Virus record (IMG/VR): IMGVR_UViG_3300021962_000021
Coordinates: 62,001 to 126,000 of that record
DNA length: 64,000 nucleotides
Direction: 5' to 3' (one strand)
Of the stretch, positions 17,590-27,767 are shown one piece after another. Position 1 is the stretch's first letter. Each line of letters opens with the position of its first letter. Below the pieces are notes generated by a model. The model was not told the DNA's origin. It ran no database searches and was given only the letters and a program-made list of their open reading frames with translations. A program made the position numbers and the translations under genes.

Positions 17590-18534
17590 ATGGCAACATT
17601 TCAAAGGTATAATTATCGTTATGATGATTATGGTAATCGTAGAACGGATGAACAAATAGATGAACTAGAAACGCAATTTAATTTAGAACAAAAACAAAAA
17701 CAAAGTAAAATGTTTAAAACAATCGGAGCATCCATTATTGGATTTATTACATTAATGGTATTATTTGCAGCATGTGAAAGAATTGATGCAGGACACGTAG
17801 GTGTTAAAGTGAACCTTTATGGTGATAACAAAGGTGTAGCTGATGTAACGGAAGTAACGGGTATTGTATTCTTTAACCCAATTACGCATCGTATTTATGA
17901 GTTTCCTACCTTTATTCAACACAAAGAATATACAGGTGATAATTCATTTGTAGTAAACTCAAAAGATGGTAGTGAGTTCCATGTATCACCTATCGTAAAC
18001 TATTCAGTAAAGAGAGAAAAAGTTCCTTACATCTTTGCTAAGTATCGTAGAAGTTTAGAACAAATTGAAGAAGGTTTCTTAAAGACCGCAGTATATGATG
18101 CGTTTCGTTTAGCAACTAACAAATATACGGCTGATGAATTGATTAGTAATCGTGCTCAATTTGAGATTGAAGTTCGTAAGTTATTGGAAGGACAATTGTT
18201 AAACGAAGGATTTATGGTTAATCAGTTTACATCTAATTTGATTTATCCAGATTCATTCAAAGAAGCAATCAACGCTAAGAACAACGCAGTTCAAGCTGCA
18301 TTAAGAGCAGAGAACGAAGTTAAAACGGCAGAAGCACAAGCGAAGATTAAAGTAGCAACCGCAGAGGGTAACGCACAAGCATTACTTACATCTGCTAAAG
18401 CAGAAGCTGAAGCAAATAGAATGAAACAACAAACATTGACACCATTACTTATTCAAATGGAATATGTTAATAAGTGGGATGGTAAGTTGCCAGTTTATGG
18501 TCAAATACCTACATTGTTTAAGAATATTCAATAA
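17590..18534 (+). CDS. SPFH/band 7 (prohibitin) family membrane protein
   Basis: TM, IDAGHVGV, Ala/Glu-rich coiled coil (AEAQAKI...AEAEAN), KWDGKLP. Confidence 0.9.
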   Translation: MATFQRYNYRYDDYGNRRTDEQIDELETQFNLEQKQKQSKMFKTIGASIIGFITLMVLFAACERIDAGHVGVKVNLYGDNKGVADVTEVTGIVFFNPITHRIYEFPTFIQHKEYTGDNSFVVNSKDGSEFHVSPIVNYSVKREKVPYIFAKYRRSLEQIEEGFLKTAVYDAFRLATNKYTADELISNRAQFEIEVRKLLEGQLLNEGFMVNQFTSNLIYPDSFKEAINAKNNAVQAALRAENEVKTAEAQAKIKVATAEGNAQALLTSAKAEAEANRMKQQTLTPLLIQMEYVNKWDGKLPVYGQIPTLFKNIQ

Positions 18535-18578
18535 GATAGTTTGGAACTTGGTAGGGGTTCGATTCCCCTACTATCTTC
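18533..18578 (+). ncRNA. tRNA minihelix-like element (acceptor plus T arm)
   Basis: AAGATAG/CTATCTT enclosing TAGGGG-TTCGATT-CCCCTA. Confidence 0.4.
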
Positions 18579-18591
18579 AAAATAGAATAAT

Positions 18592-18858
18592 ATGAAATTG
18601 CTAACAATAGAAAATTATCAAAAATTAAATGGAATATTTTACAATAATAGATGGAAAATTTCAGAAGTGAAAGAAGAAATTGACCGTTATATTTTTTTAT
18701 TTGAAAGTGAACAAAAAGATGAAACAATTATTGAAATAGTTAGGAGACGGAATGATGGTGGTAAGTGGTTAGCAAGATATAGAAATGAGTGGTTCTTTTT
18801 AACCAAAGAAGATTTTAAATCACCAGATAATTTAGTAAAAGCATTTAGAAATTTTTAA
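18592..18858 (+). CDS. hypothetical protein, LxIxN..K[IL] family
   Basis: MKLLTIENYQKL. Confidence 0.65.
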   Translation: MKLLTIENYQKLNGIFYNNRWKISEVKEEIDRYIFLFESEQKDETIIEIVRRRNDGGKWLARYRNEWFFLTKEDFKSPDNLVKAFRNF

Positions 18859-18861
18859 GAT

Positions 18862-19071
18862 ATGAAAGGATACTATACAATCTACAATCATAGAAACAAT
18901 TGTTGGTTGAATTGGAGTAATATGTGGATAGAGGATAATGATACTACAAAAAATTACCAAAACATAAAATGTTATCAAACACTAAGTGAAGCTGAAAGTG
19001 ATTTGGTGCAAAATTACATTTGGAAAAATAACCCCAACGATTTCTTTACAATACGAAAAATATACTTTTAA
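18862..19071 (+). CDS. hypothetical protein
   Basis: ORF. Confidence 0.6.
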   Translation: MKGYYTIYNHRNNCWLNWSNMWIEDNDTTKNYQNIKCYQTLSEAESDLVQNYIWKNNPNDFFTIRKIYF

Positions 19072-19072
19072 T

Positions 19073-19393
19073 ATGAGATTAACAATTAAAAACATCAGTT
19101 CAATAAAGAAAATTGATAACCACGAACGGATTAGTATAAATGATGTTGAAGTAGAACAAAATCGTTATGTTATATTTTTTTGGCATAAAGATTATGGTTC
19201 TTTTGAAGCTACTTTAAAAAGAGATAAATTACAACCATTTCAAATGGGTTGGTCTTTACATTTAAGACCGGATGATTCGCATAGCAAAAGTTATGATTAT
19301 CCAATTTATAGAGATGATGTATTGGGTCCATTTAATTTTTTAGATTTTCTTAACAATACATGTCACGATTGGGATATATTAAACAATAAATAA
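19073..19393 (+). CDS. hypothetical protein, LxIxN family
   Basis: MRLTIKNISSI; start reassigned. Confidence 0.65.
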   Translation: MRLTIKNISSIKKIDNHERISINDVEVEQNRYVIFFWHKDYGSFEATLKRDKLQPFQMGWSLHLRPDDSHSKSYDYPIYRDDVLGPFNFLDFLNNTCHDWDILNNK

Positions 19394-19408
19394 ATTAATA
19401 AGTAAATT

Positions 19409-19819
19409 ATGGCAAGATTTAATGGAACAAAACGAAATGAATATTCTTCCGAAAGAGTAAGAAAAATGCGTAGTGAAAGAAAAATGAAAAAAGCTAAAGT
19501 TGATGGTGTAACTAATGACCTATATCAATATTGTTTGGGTGATTTAATTGGTGCCGGTCATTTATCAATAATGGGATTTAATCATTTGGATATTAAAACG
19601 GTAGTTGATACTAGTCCATTGGGGCAAGCTTTGAATATGAATAAAAACACCCTTATACAACATAATTTACAATTTAATGCATACCAACATAGTGATAGAG
19701 ATGGAGTAAGACCGCATATGGAAGGGTATTTATCGAGCGGACATCCTAATGACCCCCGTTTTAAATTAAAGGGTTGGTTTAATGAAGATGGTAGTATAAG
19801 AATTGAATTAGTTAAATAA
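19409..19819 (+). CDS. hypothetical protein
   Basis: ORF. Confidence 0.7.
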   Translation: MARFNGTKRNEYSSERVRKMRSERKMKKAKVDGVTNDLYQYCLGDLIGAGHLSIMGFNHLDIKTVVDTSPLGQALNMNKNTLIQHNLQFNAYQHSDRDGVRPHMEGYLSSGHPNDPRFKLKGWFNEDGSIRIELVK

Positions 19820-19826
19820 ATTAATT

Positions 19827-20165
19827 ATGATAAAAAATTTTAATAAAATAGATGGGTATTTAATAATGATACCAATATACAGGTCGCAAGCAACTTATAA
19901 TGTTCGTAATGTTTGGACAGAGGAAGGTGATAACGGGCATTGGGTTGGTAACATTAATTTTGAATTTGACCAGAAATCGGCATTTGCAGTTCCTAAACAT
20001 TTAACATTGAAACTGATTAAAAATTCAGATACAGATGGATACATTTTAAATATCAAATCGGATGAAGAATTAAAACCTTTCAAAGATGCATATTTAAAAG
20101 GTTCGGAAATTGGAGATATGCATAAATTTATTTCAAAAATACAAACATACATTCAAAACATTTAA
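19827..20165 (+). CDS. hypothetical protein
   Basis: MIKNFNKI. Confidence 0.65.
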   Translation: MIKNFNKIDGYLIMIPIYRSQATYNVRNVWTEEGDNGHWVGNINFEFDQKSAFAVPKHLTLKLIKNSDTDGYILNIKSDEELKPFKDAYLKGSEIGDMHKFISKIQTYIQNI

Positions 20166-20175
20166 AACAAAGTAT

Positions 20176-20829
20176 ATGCCAAATTGGTGCAGTAACACAT
20201 TAATCGTTGAAGGAGACTTGAACGAATTAGTAGATTTCAAAAAGAAAGTATTAGTTCCAAGTGAAACCATAAAAGGTGATTTGGATTTCACAATGGAAGG
20301 GTTATATCCTACTCCGCCTGAATTGTTAGAACAAACATCGCCAGTAATGTGGAGAGGTGAGTTGCATGATGAAGAAGGGCAAAAGGCGTTTGAAGAACAT
20401 ATCAAATCTTTAAAAGAAAAATTCGGACACGAAGATTGGTATAATTGGAGAATTGCAAATTGGGGAACGAAGTGGGATGTTAGTGATAGTTATGTAGATG
20501 AAAGAGATGGCGAGTCGCTTTCTATTAATTACACAACTGCTTGGGGACCTAATTCTATGTTTATTCATTACGCATCTAAACAATTTCCTAATCTACATTT
20601 CAAATTAAGTTATGAAGAACCGGGTATGGGATTTTGTGGTTGTTACGAAGTGATAAATGGTGGTGAAGATTTTGAAGATTTAATGGAAGGTGATTTAGAA
20701 TGGAAAGATGAAGATACGGATAGATTGGTTACATACGATAGTGAATTAGAAAGGTATCGTTATGTTGATACAAATGAAGTGATAGATGATGAAGATTTTT
20801 ATCCGCAAGAACATAATCCGTTTATATAA
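20176..20829 (+). CDS. DUF1281/YubB ferredoxin-like domain protein
   Basis: MPNWCSN...DWYNWRIANWGTKWD...TAWGP...YEEPGMGFCG. Confidence 0.75.
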   Translation: MPNWCSNTLIVEGDLNELVDFKKKVLVPSETIKGDLDFTMEGLYPTPPELLEQTSPVMWRGELHDEEGQKAFEEHIKSLKEKFGHEDWYNWRIANWGTKWDVSDSYVDERDGESLSINYTTAWGPNSMFIHYASKQFPNLHFKLSYEEPGMGFCGCYEVINGGEDFEDLMEGDLEWKDEDTDRLVTYDSELERYRYVDTNEVIDDEDFYPQEHNPFI

Positions 20830-20877
20830 GTGAATATATTATAAATTTTGTTAATATAAGGTAAAAATACCCTATTT

Positions 20878-21055
20878 CATAACTAATTGACCCTCAATGG
20901 GTTACGCATAAGTCGTTGATTATCAATGAGAAAATTCTTTATTGACAATCAATGACTTATGCTTTTGGTTTTATAGGGTATTTCATAACTCGTTGATTGT
21001 CAATGAACAATTTTTTCAAATTATTTGGCCAGTTCGGGAAAATTTCGTATCTTTA
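20878..21055 (+). promoter_or_regulatory. array of four TTGA-N3-TCAA boxes plus promoter
   Basis: Cores at 20887, 20916, 20942, 20993; TTTG(21024)-N20-TATCTTTA. Confidence 0.7.
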
Positions 21056-21102
21056 CAGGGTAAAGTTTCCAATATTGGAGATATATATAAAATTTTATTA
21101 AT

Positions 21103-21924
21103 ATGAGTAAGTTACAATTCACAACAATTTCTAGTGCTAAAAAACAAACCGGCCTATCGTATTTAGGTAGTGTGGCGAGTAGTTCAAAAATTGCTAAAGG
21201 TTTAAAATATAACGAAATGACTTATATATTATATCTTGCACCTGCTGAACAAAGTGGTTACAATGTGTGTCCAATGTCAACGGAAGAATGTAGAACGGCG
21301 TGTTTAACAGAGTCGGGTCACAATCGTATTGATGTTAAAAAGAACGCAATCAATAAAGCTCGTATCAAAAAAACAAAGTTATTCTTTGAACAACGTGATT
21401 TCTTTATGGCTTGGTTGATTACCGAAATACAAAAAGCTAAGATTGATGCAGATACCAAAGGTTATCAATTTTCAGTTCGTATCAACGGAACATCCGATAT
21501 TAGTTTAGAAAGTTTCAAAGTGAAAGGTATGAATATATTAGAGTTCTTCCCACTTATTCCTTTCTATGATTATACGAAAGTTGCTAATCGTTTCAAAATG
21601 TTAGATAAGTATGATAACTACGATTTAACATATTCATTCAGCGGACATAATATGTTTCAATGTTTAGAATTATTAAACGAAAGAAAAGGTCGTGTGGCTA
21701 TGGTGTTTGAAGGTAAAGTATTACCAAAAACATTTATGGGATATGATGTAATTGATGGTGATGCGTATGATATGAGATACTATGATGCGCAAGGTGTAAT
21801 TGTAGGATTAAAGTTTAAGAAAGTTCGTAACAAAATTGATACGGCTAATAACAAATTCATTATTCCAATGGATAGTAAATTTAGTGTTTATGAAAAACAA
21901 AGTGAAAAGGTTAAGTCCAAATAG
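21103..21924 (+). CDS. GP88-family phage protein (Cys-cluster, radical-SAM-like)
   Basis: LYLAPA, NVCP..C..CL, RINGTSD, FYDYTK, DGDAYDMR. Confidence 0.7.
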   Translation: MSKLQFTTISSAKKQTGLSYLGSVASSSKIAKGLKYNEMTYILYLAPAEQSGYNVCPMSTEECRTACLTESGHNRIDVKKNAINKARIKKTKLFFEQRDFFMAWLITEIQKAKIDADTKGYQFSVRINGTSDISLESFKVKGMNILEFFPLIPFYDYTKVANRFKMLDKYDNYDLTYSFSGHNMFQCLELLNERKGRVAMVFEGKVLPKTFMGYDVIDGDAYDMRYYDAQGVIVGLKFKKVRNKIDTANNKFIIPMDSKFSVYEKQSEKVKSK

Positions 21925-22039
21925 TTCTAAAAGAAAAGACCAGCTAGATGCTGGTCTTTTTGATGGTAGATACCGTCAAAGAGTAGTAGTAGATAAAAAG
22001 AAAAAGAACGCTCGTAATTGGGCTCGTAAAAATAAATAA
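21890..22039 (+). CDS. small basic protein
   Basis: ...GLFDGRYRQRVVVDKKKK. Confidence 0.5.
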   Translation: MKNKVKRLSPNSSKRKDQLDAGLFDGRYRQRVVVDKKKKNARNWARKNK

Positions 22040-22040
22040 T

Positions 22041-22622
22041 ATGGCAGAAAGACAATCGCATGGTTTTAAGTTTGAAACCAAATGGTGTAAGGAAAATAAC
22101 ATTACTACTTGGAAACAATACGAAAAAAAGTATGGTAAACAAAAAGGTTCTAATTACACGTCTAAGTGGGATGCTATAAATGAAAATGTGAAAGGAGTAA
22201 ATTACAAAGGTAAACCAGTTCAGTTAAAATGTATTGGTTTAAATAATGCAATTGAGTTGGGTGATATATTTCGTAATTCAAACAAAGAAGAAGATTTTAC
22301 CTTAGTGGTTGGATTTTGGGAAGGTAAGAAAACGAATATAGTGGATGTTGTTGTATTAGATATCAACCATAAGAAATGGAATAAATTGTTTCAATGGGAT
22401 AAGTTTGATGAAGTGAAAGATTGGATTAAAAACAAAGTATCAAATTCATATAGTTACGATAATCAATGGAAAGAAGAAATGAATTATTACAAAGAATTGT
22501 GGGGTGATAGATTGGTAACACCAACCTTTAAAAGAGACCACAAAAAACAAAGAAGAATACAGTGTCAAATATCTTACATTAACTTTATGCAAGAGTTTGT
22601 TAATAATAAAATTTGTAAATAA
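22041..22622 (+). CDS. possible PD-(D/E)XK endonuclease-like protein
   Basis: HGFKFE...WDA...QLKC spacing; weak. Confidence 0.4.
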   Translation: MAERQSHGFKFETKWCKENNITTWKQYEKKYGKQKGSNYTSKWDAINENVKGVNYKGKPVQLKCIGLNNAIELGDIFRNSNKEEDFTLVVGFWEGKKTNIVDVVVLDINHKKWNKLFQWDKFDEVKDWIKNKVSNSYSYDNQWKEEMNYYKELWGDRLVTPTFKRDHKKQRRIQCQISYINFMQEFVNNKICK

Positions 22623-22623
22623 T

Positions 22624-22881
22624 ATGAGTAAAGTAAAAGTTAAATTGGAAATGATGCCATGTATCAAATGTGGTAATGATATGCCTGTTTTACGCAAAGT
22701 GAAATATGGTTACAATTTTTGTGTAAATTGTTCTACTACGGAAAAGATGGGTGGTGTAGCTATCGCTAATCACAAAACAGGTAACGAAATACAAATCGTT
22801 CCAATGGAAGTAGCTAACAATATTAACCGATTGGCCGCAAGAAGTGGTTATGGTGTATGTAAAGGGATGAAACACAATTAA
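22624..22881 (+). CDS. zinc-finger protein
   Basis: CIKC...CVNC. Confidence 0.7.
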   Translation: MSKVKVKLEMMPCIKCGNDMPVLRKVKYGYNFCVNCSTTEKMGGVAIANHKTGNEIQIVPMEVANNINRLAARSGYGVCKGMKHN

Positions 22882-22892
22882 AATAAAAGTAT

Positions 22893-23258
22893 ATGTTTAA
22901 CAAAGAATTTTATCAAAAGTATTTTATGAATGACCCGAATAATGATACGGATGTTTACAATGAAAATAGTATGATTAACGAATTAATGGATAGTGTAGTT
23001 AGACACGATTATTCGTATATGTATTCGGATGATAATCGTTGGTATCTATCAGGCGATAGTAGTGAAAAACGTATTCAAGAATTGATACATGCGTTGGTAA
23101 GTGTAGCAAGAGTAGATGCAGAACGTCTATTGGAAGATTGTTTGTATGAAAGAGAAGAACAATATACCAACGGATTAACACATAAAACTATCCGCAATTG
23201 GTTTAAACCTTATGTAGAAAATGTGGATAACATTTTTGTAAAACCTAATTTTGAATAA
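22893..23258 (+). CDS. hypothetical protein
   Basis: HDYSYMYSDD motif. Confidence 0.7.
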   Translation: MFNKEFYQKYFMNDPNNDTDVYNENSMINELMDSVVRHDYSYMYSDDNRWYLSGDSSEKRIQELIHALVSVARVDAERLLEDCLYEREEQYTNGLTHKTIRNWFKPYVENVDNIFVKPNFE

Positions 23259-23259
23259 T

Positions 23260-23553
23260 ATGAATATAGAATTAACATTGTTGGAATTAAATAACCTTTA
23301 TTATGTGGTTAGTAAAGGAGTAGAAAAACATAGAGAAATAGTTGAAACGGCTAAAGAAGATACGCCTGAATTAAGAGGGTATTTTGATGAAGAATTAGAT
23401 AAGTCAATTCAGTTGTTGAATAAAATACAAACTGCTTTATATAATGAAGCAAATCGTATAGATGATGTAATTGACGATTACTTTGCATTCAAAGAGTGCG
23501 TAGATAGTATGAATGACGCGCAAAGTGAAGATAGAAGATTAGGTAACATTTAA
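23260..23553 (+). CDS. hypothetical protein
   Basis: ORF. Confidence 0.65.
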   Translation: MNIELTLLELNNLYYVVSKGVEKHREIVETAKEDTPELRGYFDEELDKSIQLLNKIQTALYNEANRIDDVIDDYFAFKECVDSMNDAQSEDRRLGNI

Positions 23554-23563
23554 TATAAACAAT

Positions 23564-23911
23564 ATGAGAGTAACTGATAAAAAAGCAATAGAGTATCTTA
23601 AAGGCAATCCTATTGTTGCCAACTTTATACATGAAGTTAATCTAAAACGATTGGCATATTATATAAAAGCAGATATGCGAAATCAATATCAAGACATAGT
23701 TGTTGAGGTTGGACAAAAGTATATTCGTTTATGGGTAGGAACCGGTTGTTGGGGTTTTATTAGTAGAGTGGATGGTGACTTAAAAGGTTCACCAATTAAG
23801 AAAGGTGATTTATTAAAATGTGCAACGTGGAAAGCACCAGCAAAACACGCAAGAGGAAATATAATTGATGGGACGGCTCGTTATGGAGTATATGGTCCCG
23901 AATATCTTTAA
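23564..23911 (+). CDS. conserved phage hypothetical protein
   Basis: KGDLLKCATWKAPAKHARGNI, a pattern common in large phages. Confidence 0.75.
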   Translation: MRVTDKKAIEYLKGNPIVANFIHEVNLKRLAYYIKADMRNQYQDIVVEVGQKYIRLWVGTGCWGFISRVDGDLKGSPIKKGDLLKCATWKAPAKHARGNIIDGTARYGVYGPEYL

Positions 23912-23921
23912 TACAAACAAT

Positions 23922-24608
23922 ATGAATATAATGAAACGAACATCAACTTACATTGCAACTATTCCAATGAAAAATATTGAGCAAGTCATCGAAGTGAAAA
24001 AAACTTTGGAACAAATCTTTGGATGGGTTGTATTGAGAGGTCGCCATAGTGATAGGAAAAAAGCGTTAGGTGATAGTTGGTATGTCGGTAAACAAAACGA
24101 TATACCGTGGCGTAAAGCTGAATATATTGACATTTATCTTCACCCTGAAAATCCGAATTACAAATCGGTAGGTAAAGGTAAAGGTATTCACCGTCAGAAC
24201 TTACAAACTTTTAGTGTAGGTGTTATTGCGTTGGGTAAAGCTGGTTTGGGATTTTATGATTCCCATATCAATAAACTAACGATAAAGGCACAACATAATG
24301 AAAAGAAACAACGAAAGTTGAGATTAGAAAAATATATGAACAAAGCTCGTAAATTACAGCCGGGTGATTGGGGATATATAACACAATCTCTTTTGGATTA
24401 TACTGAAAGGCATGGTAAACTGACGTTTAGTGAATTGAAAGAATACTATGATGTGATATTGAGAGGTAAACCTAAAATGGAAAATGGTGGGTCATTTATT
24501 CATCATTTACAGGCATTGAGAAAGGTTACTAATGCAAAGAATAGAAGATGTAACCGATTGTTAGTTAAGGATATGAATGATAAAAAGTATTTTGTAAGTA
24601 AATTTTAA
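23922..24608 (+). CDS. hypothetical protein
   Basis: ORF. Confidence 0.7.
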   Translation: MNIMKRTSTYIATIPMKNIEQVIEVKKTLEQIFGWVVLRGRHSDRKKALGDSWYVGKQNDIPWRKAEYIDIYLHPENPNYKSVGKGKGIHRQNLQTFSVGVIALGKAGLGFYDSHINKLTIKAQHNEKKQRKLRLEKYMNKARKLQPGDWGYITQSLLDYTERHGKLTFSELKEYYDVILRGKPKMENGGSFIHHLQALRKVTNAKNRRCNRLLVKDMNDKKYFVSKF

Positions 24609-24610
24609 TT

Positions 24611-24817
24611 ATGATTTGGACAATAATATTAATATGGATGTTGGCAACCTTTCCTATGGTTAGAGCAACATTGAAACATATGGAAGAACAGGGTAGACCG
24701 GAAAGGAATGAATTTCTTTTTCAGATTATCCTAATAGGGCAATCAATGATTTATGTTCCTTATTATTACTTTTTAGTAACAATGGAATTTATTACAAAAA
24801 TATTTAAAAAACGATAA
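24611..24817 (+). CDS. small membrane protein
   Basis: Hydrophobic. Confidence 0.6.
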   Translation: MIWTIILIWMLATFPMVRATLKHMEEQGRPERNEFLFQIILIGQSMIYVPYYYFLVTMEFITKIFKKR

Positions 24818-24818
24818 T

Positions 24819-25181
24819 ATGTTAAGTGAAATTTTTAAGAGAATTGAAAAGACAAATGCACAAAGAGCTACAATGGCTATGGTGTTAGTTACTATTATGA
24901 AACAAAGTGAATCAGCTTCATTGAGTTTAAGAACATCTATCGCAGCATCCTTTATGGATATGTTGGATAAGAATATGATTGAAGAAGATGAAGGATTGGT
25001 TAGATTGATTAATGAGGGAATTGATTATGTAGTTGATGAGGCTAAAGAGCATGGTGTTGATGATTTGAGAACTACATTAAAGGGTATCATTCAAAACGCA
25101 AACAAAGTGATTGAAGAAAGAGAAAGTAGAGTGAAAGAGGGGGATGATATATTAAACAACATTAACTTTAACTTAAATTAA
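24819..25181 (+). CDS. hypothetical protein
   Basis: ORF. Confidence 0.7.
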   Translation: MLSEIFKRIEKTNAQRATMAMVLVTIMKQSESASLSLRTSIAASFMDMLDKNMIEEDEGLVRLINEGIDYVVDEAKEHGVDDLRTTLKGIIQNANKVIEERESRVKEGDDILNNINFNLN

Positions 25182-25187
25182 TAAACT

Positions 25188-25562
25188 ATGGGATTAGATA
25201 TGTATGCCGTTAAAACGAAGGCAGATTTGCAAGAAATGGAAGTTGATTTTTCAACAAAGAATGTAGACACAGAAGAAGTAGCTTATTGGCGTAAACACCC
25301 AAACCTACACGGATGGATGGAAGGTCTTTATTATGAGAAAGGTGGCAAGGATGATTCGTTCAATGGTTCGTGTGTGGTATTAGATAATGAAGATTTAGAT
25401 GTGTTAGAAGAAGATATTAAGAATGGTAATCTACCACAAACATCGGGTTTCTTTTTTGGACAATCCGATGGTGATGAAGTGGATGGTGATTTGGAATTTA
25501 TTAAAAATGCTAGGCAAGCAATAAGTGAAGGTTACAAAGTTTATTACACAAGTTGGTGGTAA
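25188..25562 (+). CDS. conserved phage hypothetical protein
   Basis: MGLDMY...YWRKHPNLHGWM...GFFFG...YTSWW. Confidence 0.75.
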   Translation: MGLDMYAVKTKADLQEMEVDFSTKNVDTEEVAYWRKHPNLHGWMEGLYYEKGGKDDSFNGSCVVLDNEDLDVLEEDIKNGNLPQTSGFFFGQSDGDEVDGDLEFIKNARQAISEGYKVYYTSWW

Positions 25563-25574
25563 AATTAAAACACT

Positions 25575-25964
25575 ATGATAGGAGTATTATTGGGAGCAGG
25601 GTTGATACAACAACAAATATTAAGAAGTTCAAACTCATACAGCTCCGAAGAAAGTAAAACAAAAAAACAATATTACAAATTATTAAAATTAAAACCTATG
25701 TTTATAAAATTAAATGTATCATCGCATGGTGGTAAATTTCTACCACAACTTATCAATGTGTCAATGATTAAAGAAATTAGAGGTGGTTATATAGAACTTC
25801 ATGGATTAACACCTGATAAATGGTGTGTTGCTAAATTCATTGATGGTGAGGAGTTGTATGTTGAGGGTGAGTTAGATGACTTACAATCTAAAATTTGGAG
25901 TGAAGCTGATAAAGATATTCATGTAAGAGTTAGAGGTAGAGCATCGGGTTTAGGCCCATTTTAA
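25575..25964 (+). CDS. hypothetical protein
   Basis: ORF. Confidence 0.6.
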   Translation: MIGVLLGAGLIQQQILRSSNSYSSEESKTKKQYYKLLKLKPMFIKLNVSSHGGKFLPQLINVSMIKEIRGGYIELHGLTPDKWCVAKFIDGEELYVEGELDDLQSKIWSEADKDIHVRVRGRASGLGPF

Positions 25965-25981
25965 TAATTAAAAAATAAGTT

Positions 25982-27076
25982 ATGAAATTAGAAACGATAT
26001 ACAAATCAACAAAGGGTGGTAAGGTGCAAGAGTGGACAATTGAAGTAATGGGTAATAAATACCGAACTATATCGGGTCAAACGGATGGTAAAAAAGTGAC
26101 TAACGAATGGACGGTAGTGTATGGTAAAAATATCGGTAAAGTGAATGAAACTACCGATAAGGAGCAAGCAATGTTAGAAGCAATTGCTAAACGAAAGTTA
26201 AAGTTAGAGCGTGGTTACTTTGAGAATATCAAACACATCAACAAAACTCAATACTTTGAACCTATGTTGGCGGCAAAGTGGGAAGATTACAAAGATAAAG
26301 TTGAATATCCTATTTTCTGTCAACCTAAATTGGATGGTATTCGTTGTATCGTAAACAAAGATGGTATGTGGAGTAGAAATGGTAAACCAATAATTTCAGC
26401 ACCACATATTTACGATTCACTTAAACCACTATTTGATGAGAATCCTGATTTGATATTGGATGGTGAGTTGTACGCTGATAAGTTCGCTAATGATTTCAAT
26501 AAGATTGTATCATTGGTTAAGAAAACAAAACCAACGGATACGGACTTAGTAGAAAGTAAAAAGAATATTGATTATCACATTTACGATTTACCAAGTGTTG
26601 ATGATACATTTAGAGTTAGATATTCAACATTATGTTCATTAAGATTGCCAAAACAATGTATCGTTGTAAAAACACATATAGTTAAAAGTGAAGATATACT
26701 GATGGAACGATATGGTGAGTATGTAGAAGCAGGTTACGAAGGACAGATGTTACGATTGGATAGCAAGTATGAGAATAAGAGAAGCAAATCTTTATTGAAA
26801 CATAAATCATTTGTGGACGAAGAATATATCATTAAAGATATTTGTGAGGGTGAAGGTAATAGAACTGGAACTGCCGGTTATATGGTATTTGAAACCGCAG
26901 ATGGAAAACCTTTCAAATCAAATGTAAAGGGAACATGGGAAGAAACAGCTGAGATGTTAAAGAATAAAAAGAAACTAATCGGTAAGGAAGCAACGGTTAA
27001 GTATTTCAATTTAACGCCGGATGGTATTCCTCGCTTTCCTTTTGTAACAAATATAGATAGAAATAGTTACGAATAA
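25982..27076 (+). CDS. lig: ATP-dependent DNA ligase
   Basis: PMLA, QPKLDGIRC (motif I), LDGELY, GYEGQMLR, LLKHK, PRFP. Confidence 0.93.
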   Translation: MKLETIYKSTKGGKVQEWTIEVMGNKYRTISGQTDGKKVTNEWTVVYGKNIGKVNETTDKEQAMLEAIAKRKLKLERGYFENIKHINKTQYFEPMLAAKWEDYKDKVEYPIFCQPKLDGIRCIVNKDGMWSRNGKPIISAPHIYDSLKPLFDENPDLILDGELYADKFANDFNKIVSLVKKTKPTDTDLVESKKNIDYHIYDLPSVDDTFRVRYSTLCSLRLPKQCIVVKTHIVKSEDILMERYGEYVEAGYEGQMLRLDSKYENKRSKSLLKHKSFVDEEYIIKDICEGEGNRTGTAGYMVFETADGKPFKSNVKGTWEETAEMLKNKKKLIGKEATVKYFNLTPDGIPRFPFVTNIDRNSYE

Positions 27077-27089
27077 AAAATTATAAGTT

Positions 27090-27401
27090 ATGAAATTAAA
27101 ATTTAATCTTTCACCGGAAGTAAAAAATAAATTTCAGGATACAATGACCAATGCATTGGGTGAAAAGGTTTGGGCGGCATCTATAAGAGAAGAGGATTCA
27201 CAATATAGATTTGGATTTAGAATGTATGGTAGTGATTGGCATATGGAATTAGATAAAAATCCCCACGATCGAAATTGGTATACATTACATTGTTCAAAAG
27301 TAGAATTGAATTTACCAATTGATTATATTAAAGATTTGCAAATGTTTTGTAAACAATTAGTAAGAATAAGACAGATGCAAATGGAGGCCTGTAAATATTA
27401 A
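27090..27401 (+). CDS. hypothetical protein
   Basis: ORF. Confidence 0.65.
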   Translation: MKLKFNLSPEVKNKFQDTMTNALGEKVWAASIREEDSQYRFGFRMYGSDWHMELDKNPHDRNWYTLHCSKVELNLPIDYIKDLQMFCKQLVRIRQMQMEACKY

Positions 27402-27419
27402 TAATGTAAAATATAAGTT

Positions 27420-27767
27420 ATGAGAATTAAATCAACACATCCACCAATTTGTTTTGAATCACCACTTTCCGGCAAAACTTATATCGTATGTACTGGTGGT
27501 AAGGAAAGTAGTGGGTGGATTGAAGTAAATAGATGGTATAGTTGGAATGAATTGGAAAGTATGTGGGATAAAATAACATACAACAAACCAAAAGAGTTTC
27601 AAAAAGTCAAAGTGAAAAAAGAATGGAAAGTTAAGGGAAGTAAAGACAATGTGTATAAAGTAGTAAATGATGAAGGATTTTGGAGTTGTAGTTGTCCAGC
27701 ACATGGTTTTGGTAGAGGTAAAGATTGTAAACACATAAAACAAATTAAGGATGGGAAACACATTTAA
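27420..27767 (+). CDS. SWIM zinc-finger protein
   Basis: CSCP...CKHI. Confidence 0.75.
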   Translation: MRIKSTHPPICFESPLSGKTYIVCTGGKESSGWIEVNRWYSWNELESMWDKITYNKPKEFQKVKVKKEWKVKGSKDNVYKVVNDEGFWSCSCPAHGFGRGKDCKHIKQIKDGKHI

